This document shows, piece after piece, positions 50,501 to 60,983 of a stretch of DNA of 64,000 bases. Source of the DNA: an uncultured delta proteobacterium (GTDB lineage: Bacteria; Myxococcota_A; Polyangia; Polyangiales; Polyangiaceae); NCBI GenBank assembly GCA_963841435.1, contig CAWJCS010000006.1:864001-928000 (forward strand), given 5' to 3'. The translations under genes and the position numbers were made by a program. A model generated the notes under the pieces. The model did not search any database. It had not been told where the DNA came from and saw only the letters and a list, made by a program, of their open reading frames with translations. How positions within the stretch are numbered: the stretch's first letter is position 1; every line of letters starts with the position of its first letter.

Positions 50501-51130
50501 TCAGTCCTCTTCCTCGCCCGTCTTACAGTATTCGACGCCTATCGTGCCGATCGCCTGGCAGCCCACGTTCGACGACTGAGGGTCGCCGATGAGGGGGCAG
50601 TTGAAGTCGGCGAGCATCTTGCCCTTGTCCACGACGTACACCGGTCCGATGGTGCAGCCGGGGAAATCCCCCGACAGCGTTCGCAGGCGGCCCGTGTCCG
50701 GAGAGTAGAAGCTCAGTGTGCCGATATTGGCTGCCACGGGTCCGTCCCTGGTGACGGAGCCGTTGAGCGTCATGCCAACCGATTGATGGCGTGAGTTTGC
50801 ATCCGTGCCGCTGCCGTCCGCCGCGATGGAAAAGGCTCCGCCGCCGACTGACTTGACCGTGCAGCTCACCGCCAATCCCTTCCCGTCCTCGACGGTGCCG
50901 TTTCTCACGCGGTCCTGCGTGTTGGCTGCCGGAGTCACCCTGCCGAGAAAGAAGGTGTAGATGCTGGTCGTGCCGACCGTGCAGTTGGTGTGCGTGGTGA
51001 TATTCGCGGCGCTCGGCGGGCTTAGCGTGATCTCGGCGCCAAGGCGTGCGGGCGCGGGCGGCGGGTCGCTGCAGCCGAGCAGGGTCGCGACGGGTGCGGC
51101 AAAAACCAGCGTGGAGCGTCGAACGATCAT
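50501..51130 (-). CDS. hypothetical lipoprotein
   Basis: Lipobox LLGC, beta-rich sequence with paired Cys. Confidence 0.7.
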   Translation of the reverse strand: MIVRRSTLVFAAPVATLLGCSDPPPAPARLGAEITLSPPSAANITTHTNCTVGTTSIYTFFLGRVTPAANTQDRVRNGTVEDGKGLAVSCTVKSVGGGAFSIAADGSGTDANSRHQSVGMTLNGSVTRDGPVAANIGTLSFYSPDTGRLRTLSGDFPGCTIGPVYVVDKGKMLADFNCPLIGDPQSSNVGCQAIGTIGVEYCKTGEEED

Positions 51131-51219
51131 GCGGGGTCTCCAGATAGCGGAAGGATGCCTCAATGCTAGCTCACGCCTGATCGCCGGACTAGCCCAACAG
51201 GAACTCATCACTTGCTTTG

Positions 51220-51295
51220 TGGGGTGGATGACGGGGTTCGAACCCGCGACCACTGGAGCCACAGTCCAGTGCTCTACCGCTGAGCTACACCCACC
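51220..51295 (-). tRNA. tRNA-His(GTG)
   Basis: G-1 GTGGGTG acceptor, CTGGA-CTGTGGC-TCCAG anticodon arm, GGTTCGAACCC, encoded CCA. Confidence 0.97.
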
Positions 51296-51508
51296 GCGGC
51301 TCGGAGCTCGGCCCGCTCGGGGTCGAAATCCGGGTGCGCCATATCTTTCTCGTTACGCTAGTTCCAGTCCGTCGTGCGTGTCCGGCACCGGGGCCAGACG
51401 AATCGATCTTCCAGTTTGCGGGGCGCACCGGCCCTTGGGGCCCGAGTCTTAGCGCGAGAGCGCTCGGCTCTGCAACCTGGCCAACCCGTGCGCCGCCGGC
51501 ACCGGACC

Positions 51509-52537
51509 TCAGGAAAGCCGCCAAAAGCTGCTTGCGGCGAGGGCCGCCCGCTCGAGCTCGGCCTCGTGAGTCGGGCTCGGCGCGTCGAAGCCGAGCGCCG
51601 CCTCGGACGGCTCGCCGAGCAGGGCGCCCAGGCTGGCGCCGAGCGACGCCTCGAGTGCGGCGAGGTCGTAGCCGCCTTCGAGCACGAGCGCGATGGGAGC
51701 GTGGGGCAACGCGCGCACGAGCTCGCCGACCATGAAGCGGTATCCCGCTTCGGTGACGGCCATGCCGCCGAGAGGATCGCGCGCATGGGCGTCGAAACCC
51801 GCGCTCACGAGCACGAGCTCGGGCGCAAACTCCGTCGCCACCGGGGACACGAGGCGCGTGAACGCGGCCGCGTAGACGCCGTTGCCGGCGCCGTGCGAGA
51901 GAGGCACGTTGAGTGTGCGGCCACGTCCGTCATTCGCCCCGAGCTCCGTCGCGCTGCCCGTACCCGGGTAGAACGGTGCTTGGTGGAGTGACAGGAAGAG
52001 CACCGAAGGATCGTCGTAGAAGATTTCCTGCGTGCCGTTGCCGTGGTGCACGTCGAAGTCGACGATCAACACGCGCTCGAGGCCGCGAGCCCGGGCGTGG
52101 GCGGCCGCGACGGCGACGTTGTTCAGCAGACAAAAGCCCATGGCGCCGTTCGGTCGCGCGTGATGGCCGGGTGGGCGAAGCAGCGCGACGCCGCGGCGCG
52201 CCTCGCCGTCGAGCACGGCATCGACGAGCTCGATGGCGCCGCCTGCCGCGCGCCGAGCGGCGCGCACCGACTGTGGGGCGGCGTAGGTGTCTTCATCCCA
52301 TTGTTCCCAGCGGCCGGCCGTGCGGCCAAGCGCGTCGACGTAGCTCGCGGTGTGTACCCGTGAGAGCTCGTCATCCGTCGCTTCACGCACAACCACCCCA
52401 AAATGCGCGGGTGCGACCGCTGCTACGGCGCGCCGCGCGGCGGTCAGGCGCTCCGGCCGCTCCGGGTGCTCCCTAGCGGGCGGCGCCCGATGCTCATCGA
52501 AGCTCGGATCATCGACGACGGCGAGGCGCGGCGGCAT
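51509..52537 (-). CDS. histone deacetylase-family (Zn) deacylase
   Basis: HPERPER, RPPGHHA, GFC, DFDVHHGNGTQ, SAGFD, LEGGY. Confidence 0.95.
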   Translation of the reverse strand: MPPRLAVVDDPSFDEHRAPPAREHPERPERLTAARRAVAAVAPAHFGVVVREATDDELSRVHTASYVDALGRTAGRWEQWDEDTYAAPQSVRAARRAAGGAIELVDAVLDGEARRGVALLRPPGHHARPNGAMGFCLLNNVAVAAAHARARGLERVLIVDFDVHHGNGTQEIFYDDPSVLFLSLHQAPFYPGTGSATELGANDGRGRTLNVPLSHGAGNGVYAAAFTRLVSPVATEFAPELVLVSAGFDAHARDPLGGMAVTEAGYRFMVGELVRALPHAPIALVLEGGYDLAALEASLGASLGALLGEPSEAALGFDAPSPTHEAELERAALAASSFWRLS

Positions 52538-52683
52538 GGCCCGTGGACGCGCAGTATAGCCAAAAGCGCGGTGCAGGGAGGGATCGGGGGCGCTGGAGAT
52601 TCCGGGGACGGGGGTGATAGTCTCCAAGGCCGCGTCGGCCGAGCGATCTCGACCGAGTCCGGCGCCATCGCAAGGGGTACCGC

Positions 52684-53859
52684 ATGCGCTTCAAGATCAT
52701 CGTCGTCAACGCGGGCATCGTCATCGTCGCGACGATCCTCACGTTCGTGCTCCTCATGACCTCGCTCAAGGGCGTGGTGTCGGACCCGTCCGAGCGCAAG
52801 GGCGAGGTCGAACGCTCCCTGAGGGCCGCCGCGTCGCAACTGGCGCTCGACGCTCTGCGGATGGAACGCTGGCTCGAAAAGAACGTCGCGGCCGACGCGG
52901 TGCGGGGGGCTTTCACGATGGCCACGCCCGAGTCGCGGCAGCAGACGGCCCTGAACGAAGCGAATCGCTTGCGAGACGCGGCCAGCGGCGACGACCAGTT
53001 CAACCGCATGACTCCCTCGCTCGTTGCCCTCGTCGATGCCGACGGGGTGGTCGTCAGCCGTGACGGCTCGAACCTCATGCGTGGCGAGAAGCTGTCGGCC
53101 GCGTACCCGGCGCTCGGCGAAGCGCTACGCAGCGGGCGTCCCGGCAGCGCCGTCTGGATCAACCGCCAGCGGCAGGAACAGTTGCTGGTGAGCTACGCCA
53201 TCGTCCGCGGTGACGCAGACGCCGTCGTCGGTGCCGTCGTCGTGGGCACGCCGCTCAACGACGAACGTCTTGGCCGCACGAGCGAGCTCACGAGCGGGAG
53301 TGCGCTCGCCTTCGCCCGCGCGACCGACAAGGGCCTCGAGCTCGTCGCCGACAGCGGCGCGGCCGGGGCCGCTTCCGACTCGGCCGCCACGTCCGCCCCC
53401 GTGGCCGCCGCGGCGAAGGCCGCCGTGGCTTCGAAGGGCGTGGCCATCGCCGAGGGCGTCATCGAAGGCCATTTCATCGGCGCCATGCCCGTCGAAGGCT
53501 ACGGTCCCACCGACAGCGTGCTGATCGCCTCGGTGTCGGCCTCGCGAGTCGACAGCCTGGTGGGCTTGCTCTGGCCGATCCTTGCCGTGGGCGGGCTCTC
53601 GTTGCTCATGGTCGGCTTCGCGGGCGTGATGCTCGGAAACTACATCTCGCAACCCGTTTCGGAGCTCGAGGACGGCCTGCTAGCCATCATCAACGGCAAC
53701 TCGGATCTGAGGTTTCAGATCGAGCACGACGAGCTCGGGGGCCTGGTGTTTCGCATCAACTCGCTGCTGAACGCGATGACCGGCGTCCCCGAGGACACGA
53801 CCGACGACCAGGGGCGCCCCTCGAAGGCCCCGAGCGCCAAGGATTTTCAGGACTCCTGA
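52684..53859 (+). CDS. two-TM protein with Cache-like periplasmic domain and HAMP, no output domain
   Basis: Two TM helices; 'ISQPVSELE...DELGGLVFRINSLL'. Confidence 0.75.
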   Translation: MRFKIIVVNAGIVIVATILTFVLLMTSLKGVVSDPSERKGEVERSLRAAASQLALDALRMERWLEKNVAADAVRGAFTMATPESRQQTALNEANRLRDAASGDDQFNRMTPSLVALVDADGVVVSRDGSNLMRGEKLSAAYPALGEALRSGRPGSAVWINRQRQEQLLVSYAIVRGDADAVVGAVVVGTPLNDERLGRTSELTSGSALAFARATDKGLELVADSGAAGAASDSAATSAPVAAAAKAAVASKGVAIAEGVIEGHFIGAMPVEGYGPTDSVLIASVSASRVDSLVGLLWPILAVGGLSLLMVGFAGVMLGNYISQPVSELEDGLLAIINGNSDLRFQIEHDELGGLVFRINSLLNAMTGVPEDTTDDQGRPSKAPSAKDFQDS

Positions 53860-53963
53860 CGCTCCTGGGCCCCGGCGCCGGGACTGGGGAGTTTGGCGCC
53901 GGCGGTACCGGTCACCTGGCGCTCGTCCAAGGCGCCCGGACGTAGTAGACGTTCGCATTCTCC

Positions 53964-54701
53964 ATGGGCCTCTTCGACTTCCTGGGCAAGGGTAGGGACG
54001 ACGCCGCCAAGGGCGCCAAGGACGTGGCGCGCCTCGAGCGCATGGTCGCCAACAAGCTTTCGCAGAACTACGATCGTCAGGAGGCGATCGAGCAGCTCTC
54101 GAAGATGGCCGACGAGGCCGCCTCGGCCGCCTTGCTCAAGCGCTTCGACTGGACGCTCGATCCTTCCATCACCGATCAGGAAGAGAAGGAGTCCTGCCTG
54201 CGTGGCCTGGTCGCCGCGGGAGACGACGCGCTCGAGCCCCTCAGGCGCTACTGCAAGAGGGCAGAAAGTCTCACCTGGCCGCTCAAGGTCCTCGCGGCGA
54301 TCGTGCCCCCGGAGCGCCTCACCGAAGAGCTGCTGTCGATCCTCGATAAGTTCGACACCGAGTACACCCGCAACGTCGAGCCCAAGGTACAGCTCCTGCA
54401 GGAGCTCGAGCGTCTTCCGTCGGAAGACGTGCGCGTCGCCGCCGAGCCGTTCCTCGAGGACGCCGGCGAGACCGTTCGGTTCACGGCCGCCAATACGGTC
54501 TTCGCCGTCAACGACATGAAGAGCGTGCCGGCTCTCGTCGCCGCGCTCGCGGCCGAAGAATCGTTGCGCGTCAAAAACCGCATCGCTCAGGGCCTTGCCG
54601 ATCGCGGCTTCGAGATCCCGGCGGAGCTCGGGGCGGCGTGCACGGCTGGTCTGCCCCCGGGCTACGCGCTCAAGGGCGGCAAGGTCGAGCGGACCCGCTG
54701 A
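53964..54701 (+). CDS. HEAT-repeat protein
   Basis: Helical repeats 'PFLEDAGETVRFTAA', 'EESLRVKNRIA'. Confidence 0.8.
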   Translation: MGLFDFLGKGRDDAAKGAKDVARLERMVANKLSQNYDRQEAIEQLSKMADEAASAALLKRFDWTLDPSITDQEEKESCLRGLVAAGDDALEPLRRYCKRAESLTWPLKVLAAIVPPERLTEELLSILDKFDTEYTRNVEPKVQLLQELERLPSEDVRVAAEPFLEDAGETVRFTAANTVFAVNDMKSVPALVAALAAEESLRVKNRIAQGLADRGFEIPAELGAACTAGLPPGYALKGGKVERTR

Positions 54702-54778
54702 GAGGGACGCCGCGCCCCCCCAAGAGCAGGTGGGGGCAACGCGACGGGACGCGACCGCAGCCTCTGCGGCGCCCGACG

Positions 54779-55675
54779 TTACTCGCTGATACGGACCTTC
54801 GTCGGCAGGTTGACGACGAAGCTGACCGTCATCAGCTGCTTGAAGTCGAAGGTGCGGTCCGCGCTCGTGATCTTGTTGTCCGGGAACGCCTCGTCCTTGC
54901 CGCCGCCCGCGGTGTCGAAGCCGCCGCGGTTCCACGAGAAGGGCATGAGCCGATACTCCCAGCCGATCGCGCTCCACTCGTTGATGTAAAAATTGAGGCC
55001 GGCTCCGAACGTCGGCGCGATGGCGATGCGCGAGGCCATCGGGAAAGCCGCGACGTTGTTGGACACGCAGTCCGTGCAGTCCGCACGCTCGGTGATGCCG
55101 ATGATCGCGGGGCCGCCGAAGACGTACAGGTCCGTGTCCATGTAGATGCTCTGGAAGAGCGCGAGCTTGCCGCGGAACGGCGTCGCCGTGATCTGCGGCG
55201 CCAGCACCCAGTCGACGCCGCCGAGCTGGTCCTCGAAGTTCGGGCCGAGGTTCACGGCGGTGAGGCGGCGCTCGGTGTCGAGCGGATCCCCGCCGGGCGG
55301 GGCCGTCGTCGCCCGGACGATGCGGACGTGGTTCTGCTCTTGGATTTGATCGGTCAGATCGGTGTTGAGCTGCAGCAGGCCGCCGTAGCCGCCCCAGACG
55401 CCCACGCCGAGCCAGTCCGTGAAATTGTAGGCAAGCCGCGCGCCCAGGAAGATCGTGCGCCGGTACTCGTCGAGCAGCGTGAACGTGACAGCCGGAGAAA
55501 CCTCGAAGCGGCCTTGCCGATGCAGGCGAAGCTTGCGCGTTGCGGGGGCGCCCGCGAGCGGACCGGTGAGCAGGATCTCCTGCGCCTGAGCGGACGGCGC
55601 GAAGGCGAGCAGCGCGGACCCGAGCAGGGTCGTCGAAAGAAGCCGCTTTAGGATTTTGCGATGCTTGGTCGTCAT
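54779..55675 (-). CDS. outer-membrane beta-barrel protein (myxobacterial GltA/GltB-like)
   Basis: Signal peptide, 'RQGRFEVSP', 'PFRGKLALF', 'DLYVFGG'; tandem with a paralogue. Confidence 0.75.
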   Translation of the reverse strand: MTTKHRKILKRLLSTTLLGSALLAFAPSAQAQEILLTGPLAGAPATRKLRLHRQGRFEVSPAVTFTLLDEYRRTIFLGARLAYNFTDWLGVGVWGGYGGLLQLNTDLTDQIQEQNHVRIVRATTAPPGGDPLDTERRLTAVNLGPNFEDQLGGVDWVLAPQITATPFRGKLALFQSIYMDTDLYVFGGPAIIGITERADCTDCVSNNVAAFPMASRIAIAPTFGAGLNFYINEWSAIGWEYRLMPFSWNRGGFDTAGGGKDEAFPDNKITSADRTFDFKQLMTVSFVVNLPTKVRISE

Positions 55676-55692
55676 GCCTGGCCCTTCGCTCG

Positions 55693-56643
55693 TCACTTCG
55701 GCAGCCGGTAGTCGAACGAGAACGGGATGAAGATCGAGACGCCCAACTGGAACTGGACGTTGTTGGTGAGCTTGGTCTGGCCGTACCAAGTGCCCTGGTC
55801 CGTCGGATTCACGGCGATTGCCAGGTTCTCGAGCTTTTCGGGGTAGACGTAGTCGCGGAGCTCCAAGACCGCGGCGAACCAGCGACTGACGAAGACACGC
55901 AGACCGAGCCCCGCGTTGAACGCGAGCTTGGGCTTGAAATCGAAGGTGCGGTTGTCAGGGTCGATGACGGGGATGGGACGCGTGGACAGAGCGCCAATTC
56001 CGCCGAGGACGTACGCGTCGTAGTGGAAGATGAAATCGCCAAAACCGGCGAATTTCCCGTACGCCGGCACGTAGCCCAGATTGACGGCAGCGCCCCACTG
56101 ATACTCGTTCAGCGGCACCGCGACGCGCGCGGCGCGCCGCACCTGTGCGTTGAAGGCGCTGTCGCCGTTGAACGGCTGATAGTAGTTGCCGTTGATGCCG
56201 ACGAGGAGGACGTTCGTGATGTAGTAGTTGAGGGCGACGCCGGGGCCCGGGTGGCTCACGAACTGGTCGTTCAGCGTGATGCCCCAGTAGGGGTTGATCT
56301 CGAAACGCCGGACGCGAAGCGCGTACACCTGCTGCACGGCGTAGAGCGGCTCCTTGAATTGACGCGCCGCTTCCTTGTCCATGTCGAGGTTCGGACAAGC
56401 CGCGGGATCGATCTTGCAGATGTCCGCGAGGCCTTCGCCTTCTGCCTCGCCGCCAGCCGCAGCGTCGCCTTCTGCACCGGTTTCTTCGGTCCCAGCAGCA
56501 TCGCCGCCTTCGCCCTCCGGAGCAGCGGCGGCGTCGGTCGCTTCGTCACCCGCAGCGGCGGCGTCGCCTTCTGCGGCGAATACGTGCGCGGGGAATAGCC
56601 AGAGGGCCGCTGCTACGAGGAGCCCGACGCGAGATTTCTTCAT
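55693..56643 (-). CDS. outer-membrane beta-barrel protein (myxobacterial GltA/GltB-like)
   Basis: 'AVQQ...RFEINP...LNDQF', 'PAYGKFA', 'LELRDY', 'GVSIFIP'. Confidence 0.8.
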   Translation of the reverse strand: MKKSRVGLLVAAALWLFPAHVFAAEGDAAAAGDEATDAAAAPEGEGGDAAGTEETGAEGDAAAGGEAEGEGLADICKIDPAACPNLDMDKEAARQFKEPLYAVQQVYALRVRRFEINPYWGITLNDQFVSHPGPGVALNYYITNVLLVGINGNYYQPFNGDSAFNAQVRRAARVAVPLNEYQWGAAVNLGYVPAYGKFAGFGDFIFHYDAYVLGGIGALSTRPIPVIDPDNRTFDFKPKLAFNAGLGLRVFVSRWFAAVLELRDYVYPEKLENLAIAVNPTDQGTWYGQTKLTNNVQFQLGVSIFIPFSFDYRLPK

Positions 56644-56861
56644 CGATGCCTCTTACCGCTTGTCCCCTGGCACAGCCGCCGCGTCACGCCTGCAACTGTC
56701 CGAAACTATTCGAAAAATCATCACTTCGCAGAACGGCCCGGGGACTATATCACGCAAAATTTCGCTGGATCAACAACCAAAAAATTCCTCTGACGCATAA
56801 TTTCTCGCCTGAACGCGTGACATTGGTGCGCGTCACGCGCCCCGTCGGCTCGCTCTCAACG

Positions 56862-58085
56862 TCACTCTGCGGCGCTCGATCCTTCCTCGGCCTCCCGGCC
56901 GAGGAGTGCCTCGATGAACGCGTCGGGGACGAATTCGCGCAGGTCGTCGGCGCGCTCGCCTAGTCCGACGAAGCGAACGGGCAGCTTGAGGGCGTCGGCA
57001 ATCCCGAGCACGACGCCACCCTTCGCCGTCCCGTCGAGCTTGGTGAGCACGATGCCCGTGATCGGCAACGCTTCCTTGAACTCGCGCGCCTGGGCGAGTG
57101 CATTTTGCCCGTTGGTCGCGTCGAGCACCAAGAGGATCTCGTGCGGCGCGCCGGCGAGTGCCTTCTCCGCCGTCTTGGCGATCTTCTTCATCTCGGCCAT
57201 CAGGTTGGTCTTCGTGTGCAGGCGTCCCGCCGTGTCGGCGAGCACGATCGCCGCGCCGGTCTCCTGCGCCTTCTTGATGGCTTCGAAAACCACGCTGCCC
57301 GGGTCGGCGCCGTCCTTGCCACGCACGACCTCGCAACCGACGCGCTCGCCCCACACGACGAGCTGTTGGACGGCCGCGGCGCGGAACGTGTCGCCGGCGG
57401 CGAGCACCACCTTCGAGCCCGACCCAGCGAGCTTGGTGGCAAGCTTGCCGATGGTCGTGGTCTTGCCAGCGCCGTTGACGCCCACGAGCAGCACGACGGT
57501 TGGCTGCGCGGACACGGCGAGGCCGCCGCGCTGGCCCCCCACGGCGAGGATCTTCGTGGCCTCGGCGCGCAGAGCCTCCCAGACCTTGTCCGCGCTCGAG
57601 AGCTCTCCGCGCTCCAACCCCTCGCGCACTCTGCCAATCAAGAGAGCGGTCGTCTCGACCCCCACGTCGGAAGTGAGCAGCACCTCCTCAATCTCTTCGG
57701 TGAGCGAGGGGTCGATGTCGCGCTTCTTGCCGAGCAGCGCGCGCAGGCGGCCGAAGAAGCCCTCGTCCGAGCGCGCCTTGGCGAGCCCGCGTCGAAAGCC
57801 CTGAACCTCGCGTTCGCGTTCGCCCGGCGGAGGTTGCGACGGCTGCGCTATCGGTGGCCGAGGGCTCGGCTCCGGTTTTGCCTCTTCGGCGGGGGCGCGC
57901 GCGGGCCCGGGTGAGGCTTCGGGCTCGGCCGCACGCTCCGCGCGCGGGCGTGCGCCCGCCGTCGGCTTCGGCTCGACCTTCTTGGGCGGTGTGGAAGGGG
58001 CTCCAACCTGCGCGGGGCCGCTCTTCCTGAAGAACAGGAAATAGAGCACCGCGACCGCGACGACTGCGACAACGACATAGACCAT
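56862..58085 (-). CDS. ftsY: SRP receptor FtsY
   Basis: [38 protein letters not shown]-terminal TM anchor. Confidence 0.97.
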   Translation of the reverse strand: MVYVVVAVVAVAVLYFLFFRKSGPAQVGAPSTPPKKVEPKPTAGARPRAERAAEPEASPGPARAPAEEAKPEPSPRPPIAQPSQPPPGEREREVQGFRRGLAKARSDEGFFGRLRALLGKKRDIDPSLTEEIEEVLLTSDVGVETTALLIGRVREGLERGELSSADKVWEALRAEATKILAVGGQRGGLAVSAQPTVVLLVGVNGAGKTTTIGKLATKLAGSGSKVVLAAGDTFRAAAVQQLVVWGERVGCEVVRGKDGADPGSVVFEAIKKAQETGAAIVLADTAGRLHTKTNLMAEMKKIAKTAEKALAGAPHEILLVLDATNGQNALAQAREFKEALPITGIVLTKLDGTAKGGVVLGIADALKLPVRFVGLGERADDLREFVPDAFIEALLGREAEEGSSAAE

Positions 58086-58145
58086 CAGCGGCTCGAACGT
58101 CGCGGACTATAGGAAGCCCGGCTTTGGCGCGTCAATGGGTCGGGC

Positions 58146-59876
58146 TCAACGCGTGCGGTTCGGGGCATCCGCTTGCTCTACCTGCTCTACGGGCTCCCTT
58201 GCGAGCACGTCGCGCTCGCCGTGCTCGTCGAGCGCCACGGGGCCGTACGCCGCCGCCTCGACGGTTCGGGCCCAGTCGGCCACTTTCCCCTTCTGCACGG
58301 CATGCGCGGCACGCTGCACCTCGGCGGGCGTGGGCTCCCCGCGACGGCCGCCGAACGCCGGCCTGCCGCTCGCCCAGCGCACGAGCCTGCCCAGGACGTG
58401 TCGGCGCCGCGTCAAAAGGTCCACGCGAACGACCCCGAACTCCGGCGCCGGGACCAGCAGGTCGGCGTGAAAAGGCGCGCGAACGGCCAAGAGGAGGGTC
58501 TTTTCGTCTCCCGGGGGACGGAGCTCGAAATGCCCCGACTCGTCGGCCTGGGCGCGAGCGATCGGCATCTGCTCGCGGCTGGTCTCCAAGAGCTCGATGA
58601 CGGCGCCCCCGATCGGCGCGCCGTCATGTGCATCGCGCACGGACCCTCGCCACCCGTGCAAGGTGCGGTCGCCCTCCACGACCACGACCGCCGCGGAGGG
58701 CGGGCCACGCAATTCGGGCAGCGGGCCGGCCCGGGGGGTGGCACGCGGGCGTCGCCAGCCGCGCACGACGTAGAAACCTACCAAAGTCAGCACGACCAGC
58801 CAGGCGGCCGTGCCGAGCGGGCCGCGCGGCGCAACGGGCACGGCGACACTGAGTGGTGCACCAGGAAGGAGCCAGGGCTCACCGGGCAGGTAGCGGATCT
58901 CGACGTTCGGGTTGGAGCCGCGCCGCGGAAAGCGGACTTTAACCGCGGCGTTTCCGTGGTCGACCTTCGCGATGCCCACGGTCCGCCCCGCGAGCGTGGC
59001 CTCGACCGCGCCCGAGGTCACTGCGCCGAGCCCGGTGGCGACACCGACTTCGAGGTCGATGCCCTCGCGCGGATCACCCGGGTCCGGTTGTCGGCCGAGC
59101 GCCAGCCCGACGCGTGCCGAAACCGCGAGCCTCACGCGTGCTTCCGCGGGCTGGAGCTCGTCGCTACCCCCGAAGCGCACGGAGAGCTCCACTGGCCCGG
59201 GCTCGGGGAGCTTGCTCGATGAGAACTCGAGCGTCGTGCGGCGGCCGGTTTCGAGGGCGCTCTGGGCCAGCAAGGTTGGCGGCGAGCTCTGTTTCGCCGG
59301 CACGCGCGCGTAGAGCGCGACGGCAATCGTCGCCGGAGGGGCGCCGCGAGCGAGAGATTCGAGGTCCGCGGCGACGGCGACGCGTTGCGTCGGCTGCTCG
59401 ATGGCGAGCGCCGTCGGTGGATCGACGAAACGAAGCGACACACGGCGCCGCCCCCGCTCGACGCGCAAGCGCCGCTCCACGGCGTCGAAGAGGCCCCGCT
59501 CGTCCGTGAACCCGAGCGACACCACGTCGGCGTTCTCTGCCTCGACGACGAGACAGAAGCGACCGGAGCGATCGGTCGTTAGGCGAAGGCCACCCTCGGG
59601 GCGGGCGAAGCGCGTGGGGGCGTCGTCCCCCGGGCACGGTCGAGCCGAGGTGATGGGCAGGGTGGCCTCGCTTCGGCTAAACGCGCCGACGACCAGACTC
59701 GCGCTTCCGACCGGTCGCCCGGTGTCGTCGCGCACCTCTCCGGCCACGAAAAGCTCGCCACTCTCGACCGTGGCGGTGGCTTCGACCTGGGCGGCGCCGC
59801 GCACGCGGACCGTGGGCGCGCCGAGGACCGTCGCCGGCAACAGCCCGACCAGCAGCGTCGCCAAGGCCAGGCGCAT
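58146..59876 (-). CDS. exported membrane-anchored protein with carboxypeptidase-regulatory-like domains
   Basis: Signal peptide, 'GEVRDDTGRPV', TM helix, 'GSVRDAHDGAPIGGAVI...ADESGHF'. Confidence 0.7.
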   Translation of the reverse strand: MRLALATLLVGLLPATVLGAPTVRVRGAAQVEATATVESGELFVAGEVRDDTGRPVGSASLVVGAFSRSEATLPITSARPCPGDDAPTRFARPEGGLRLTTDRSGRFCLVVEAENADVVSLGFTDERGLFDAVERRLRVERGRRRVSLRFVDPPTALAIEQPTQRVAVAADLESLARGAPPATIAVALYARVPAKQSSPPTLLAQSALETGRRTTLEFSSSKLPEPGPVELSVRFGGSDELQPAEARVRLAVSARVGLALGRQPDPGDPREGIDLEVGVATGLGAVTSGAVEATLAGRTVGIAKVDHGNAAVKVRFPRRGSNPNVEIRYLPGEPWLLPGAPLSVAVPVAPRGPLGTAAWLVVLTLVGFYVVRGWRRPRATPRAGPLPELRGPPSAAVVVVEGDRTLHGWRGSVRDAHDGAPIGGAVIELLETSREQMPIARAQADESGHFELRPPGDEKTLLLAVRAPFHADLLVPAPEFGVVRVDLLTRRRHVLGRLVRWASGRPAFGGRRGEPTPAEVQRAAHAVQKGKVADWARTVEAAAYGPVALDEHGERDVLAREPVEQVEQADAPNRTR

Positions 59877-60075
59877 CTCGCGAAGCACGAGGCGATCCTT
59901 CCACGCGAGCCACCCCGCCTGCAACCTGCCGAAAGGTGGTTGTCGCGCCGCCATATTCGCGCCCGGCCTGACGATCCGAGCGAAGATCGCGCGCGTCGGT
60001 CCGTACTATCCTGGGTCCGGAGCGCGCGCGATTGTCCCCGAGAAGAGAAGACGACAGATGATAGGCTCGGGCTTC

Positions 60076-60873
60076 ATGCCGTTACGCCCACACGTCGGGG
60101 TGCTCGCGGGCGTCATGCTGTGGGTGCTCGCGCTCCCCGCTCACGCCCAAGGTGCGGGCGACATCGATCGCCTCATCGCCGCGCTTCGCTCGGGAACGGA
60201 CTTTCGCGTGCGGACCCAGGCGGCGCTAGCGCTCGGCGCGTCCAGGAGCTCGCGCGCGACCGCACCGCTCTGCACCGCGCTCGGCGACGGCACCACCACG
60301 GTGCGAGCGGCGGCAGCCGCCGCGCTGGGCAAGCTCCAGCAGGGTGGCGGCGACTGTCTCGAGCGTCGGCTCGCTAGCGAGCCGAGCCAGACGGTCAAGT
60401 CGGCGATCCAGAAGGCGCTCGATCTCGTGCGCGGCGGTGGGGAGCCCGCCTTCGCGCCCGACACCAAATATTACGTGGCGATCGCCAAGGTCGCCGACAA
60501 GACGGGGCGCACCGGTGACGGCGTCAACCGCATGGTGCGTAAGGCCATGCTCGCGGGCGCGCGCGCGTCCCATATCGCGATCGCCCCATTCGACGAGGCC
60601 CCCGCCGACGCGAAGCGGCGCATGCAGGCGCACCACGGGGTGAAGGCCATTTACCTCTCGCCGCGCGTCCCCCCCTTCGACTACTCGGGCGGAAACCTCA
60701 AGGTTCGGCTCGAAATCGCGTTTTTTAGCTATCCGGAGAAGGCGCTGATCGGAAATTTCACGATTTCGCTCACCCAGCAGGGGGTTGACGGCAAGGATCC
60801 GAGCTCCGAGGACGACCTCGTGAGCTCCGCAGCCGAGCGCGCCCTCGAACGGCTCATCCAACGTATCCAGTGA
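60076..60873 (+). CDS. exported HEAT-repeat protein
   Basis: Signal peptide ending AHA; 'DFRVRTQAALALG', 'VRAAAAAALG'. Confidence 0.78.
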   Translation: MPLRPHVGVLAGVMLWVLALPAHAQGAGDIDRLIAALRSGTDFRVRTQAALALGASRSSRATAPLCTALGDGTTTVRAAAAAALGKLQQGGGDCLERRLASEPSQTVKSAIQKALDLVRGGGEPAFAPDTKYYVAIAKVADKTGRTGDGVNRMVRKAMLAGARASHIAIAPFDEAPADAKRRMQAHHGVKAIYLSPRVPPFDYSGGNLKVRLEIAFFSYPEKALIGNFTISLTQQGVDGKDPSSEDDLVSSAAERALERLIQRIQ

Positions 60874-60983
60874 CGCTACATCGGCCCGCGAGGTTCTTGC
60901 TCGCCCGGAACCCGAGGGCCTACGCTAGCAATCCGCGGTGATCCGCCCGCCAGGGATCGCGCGGGCCGCGAGGAGATCCCAGT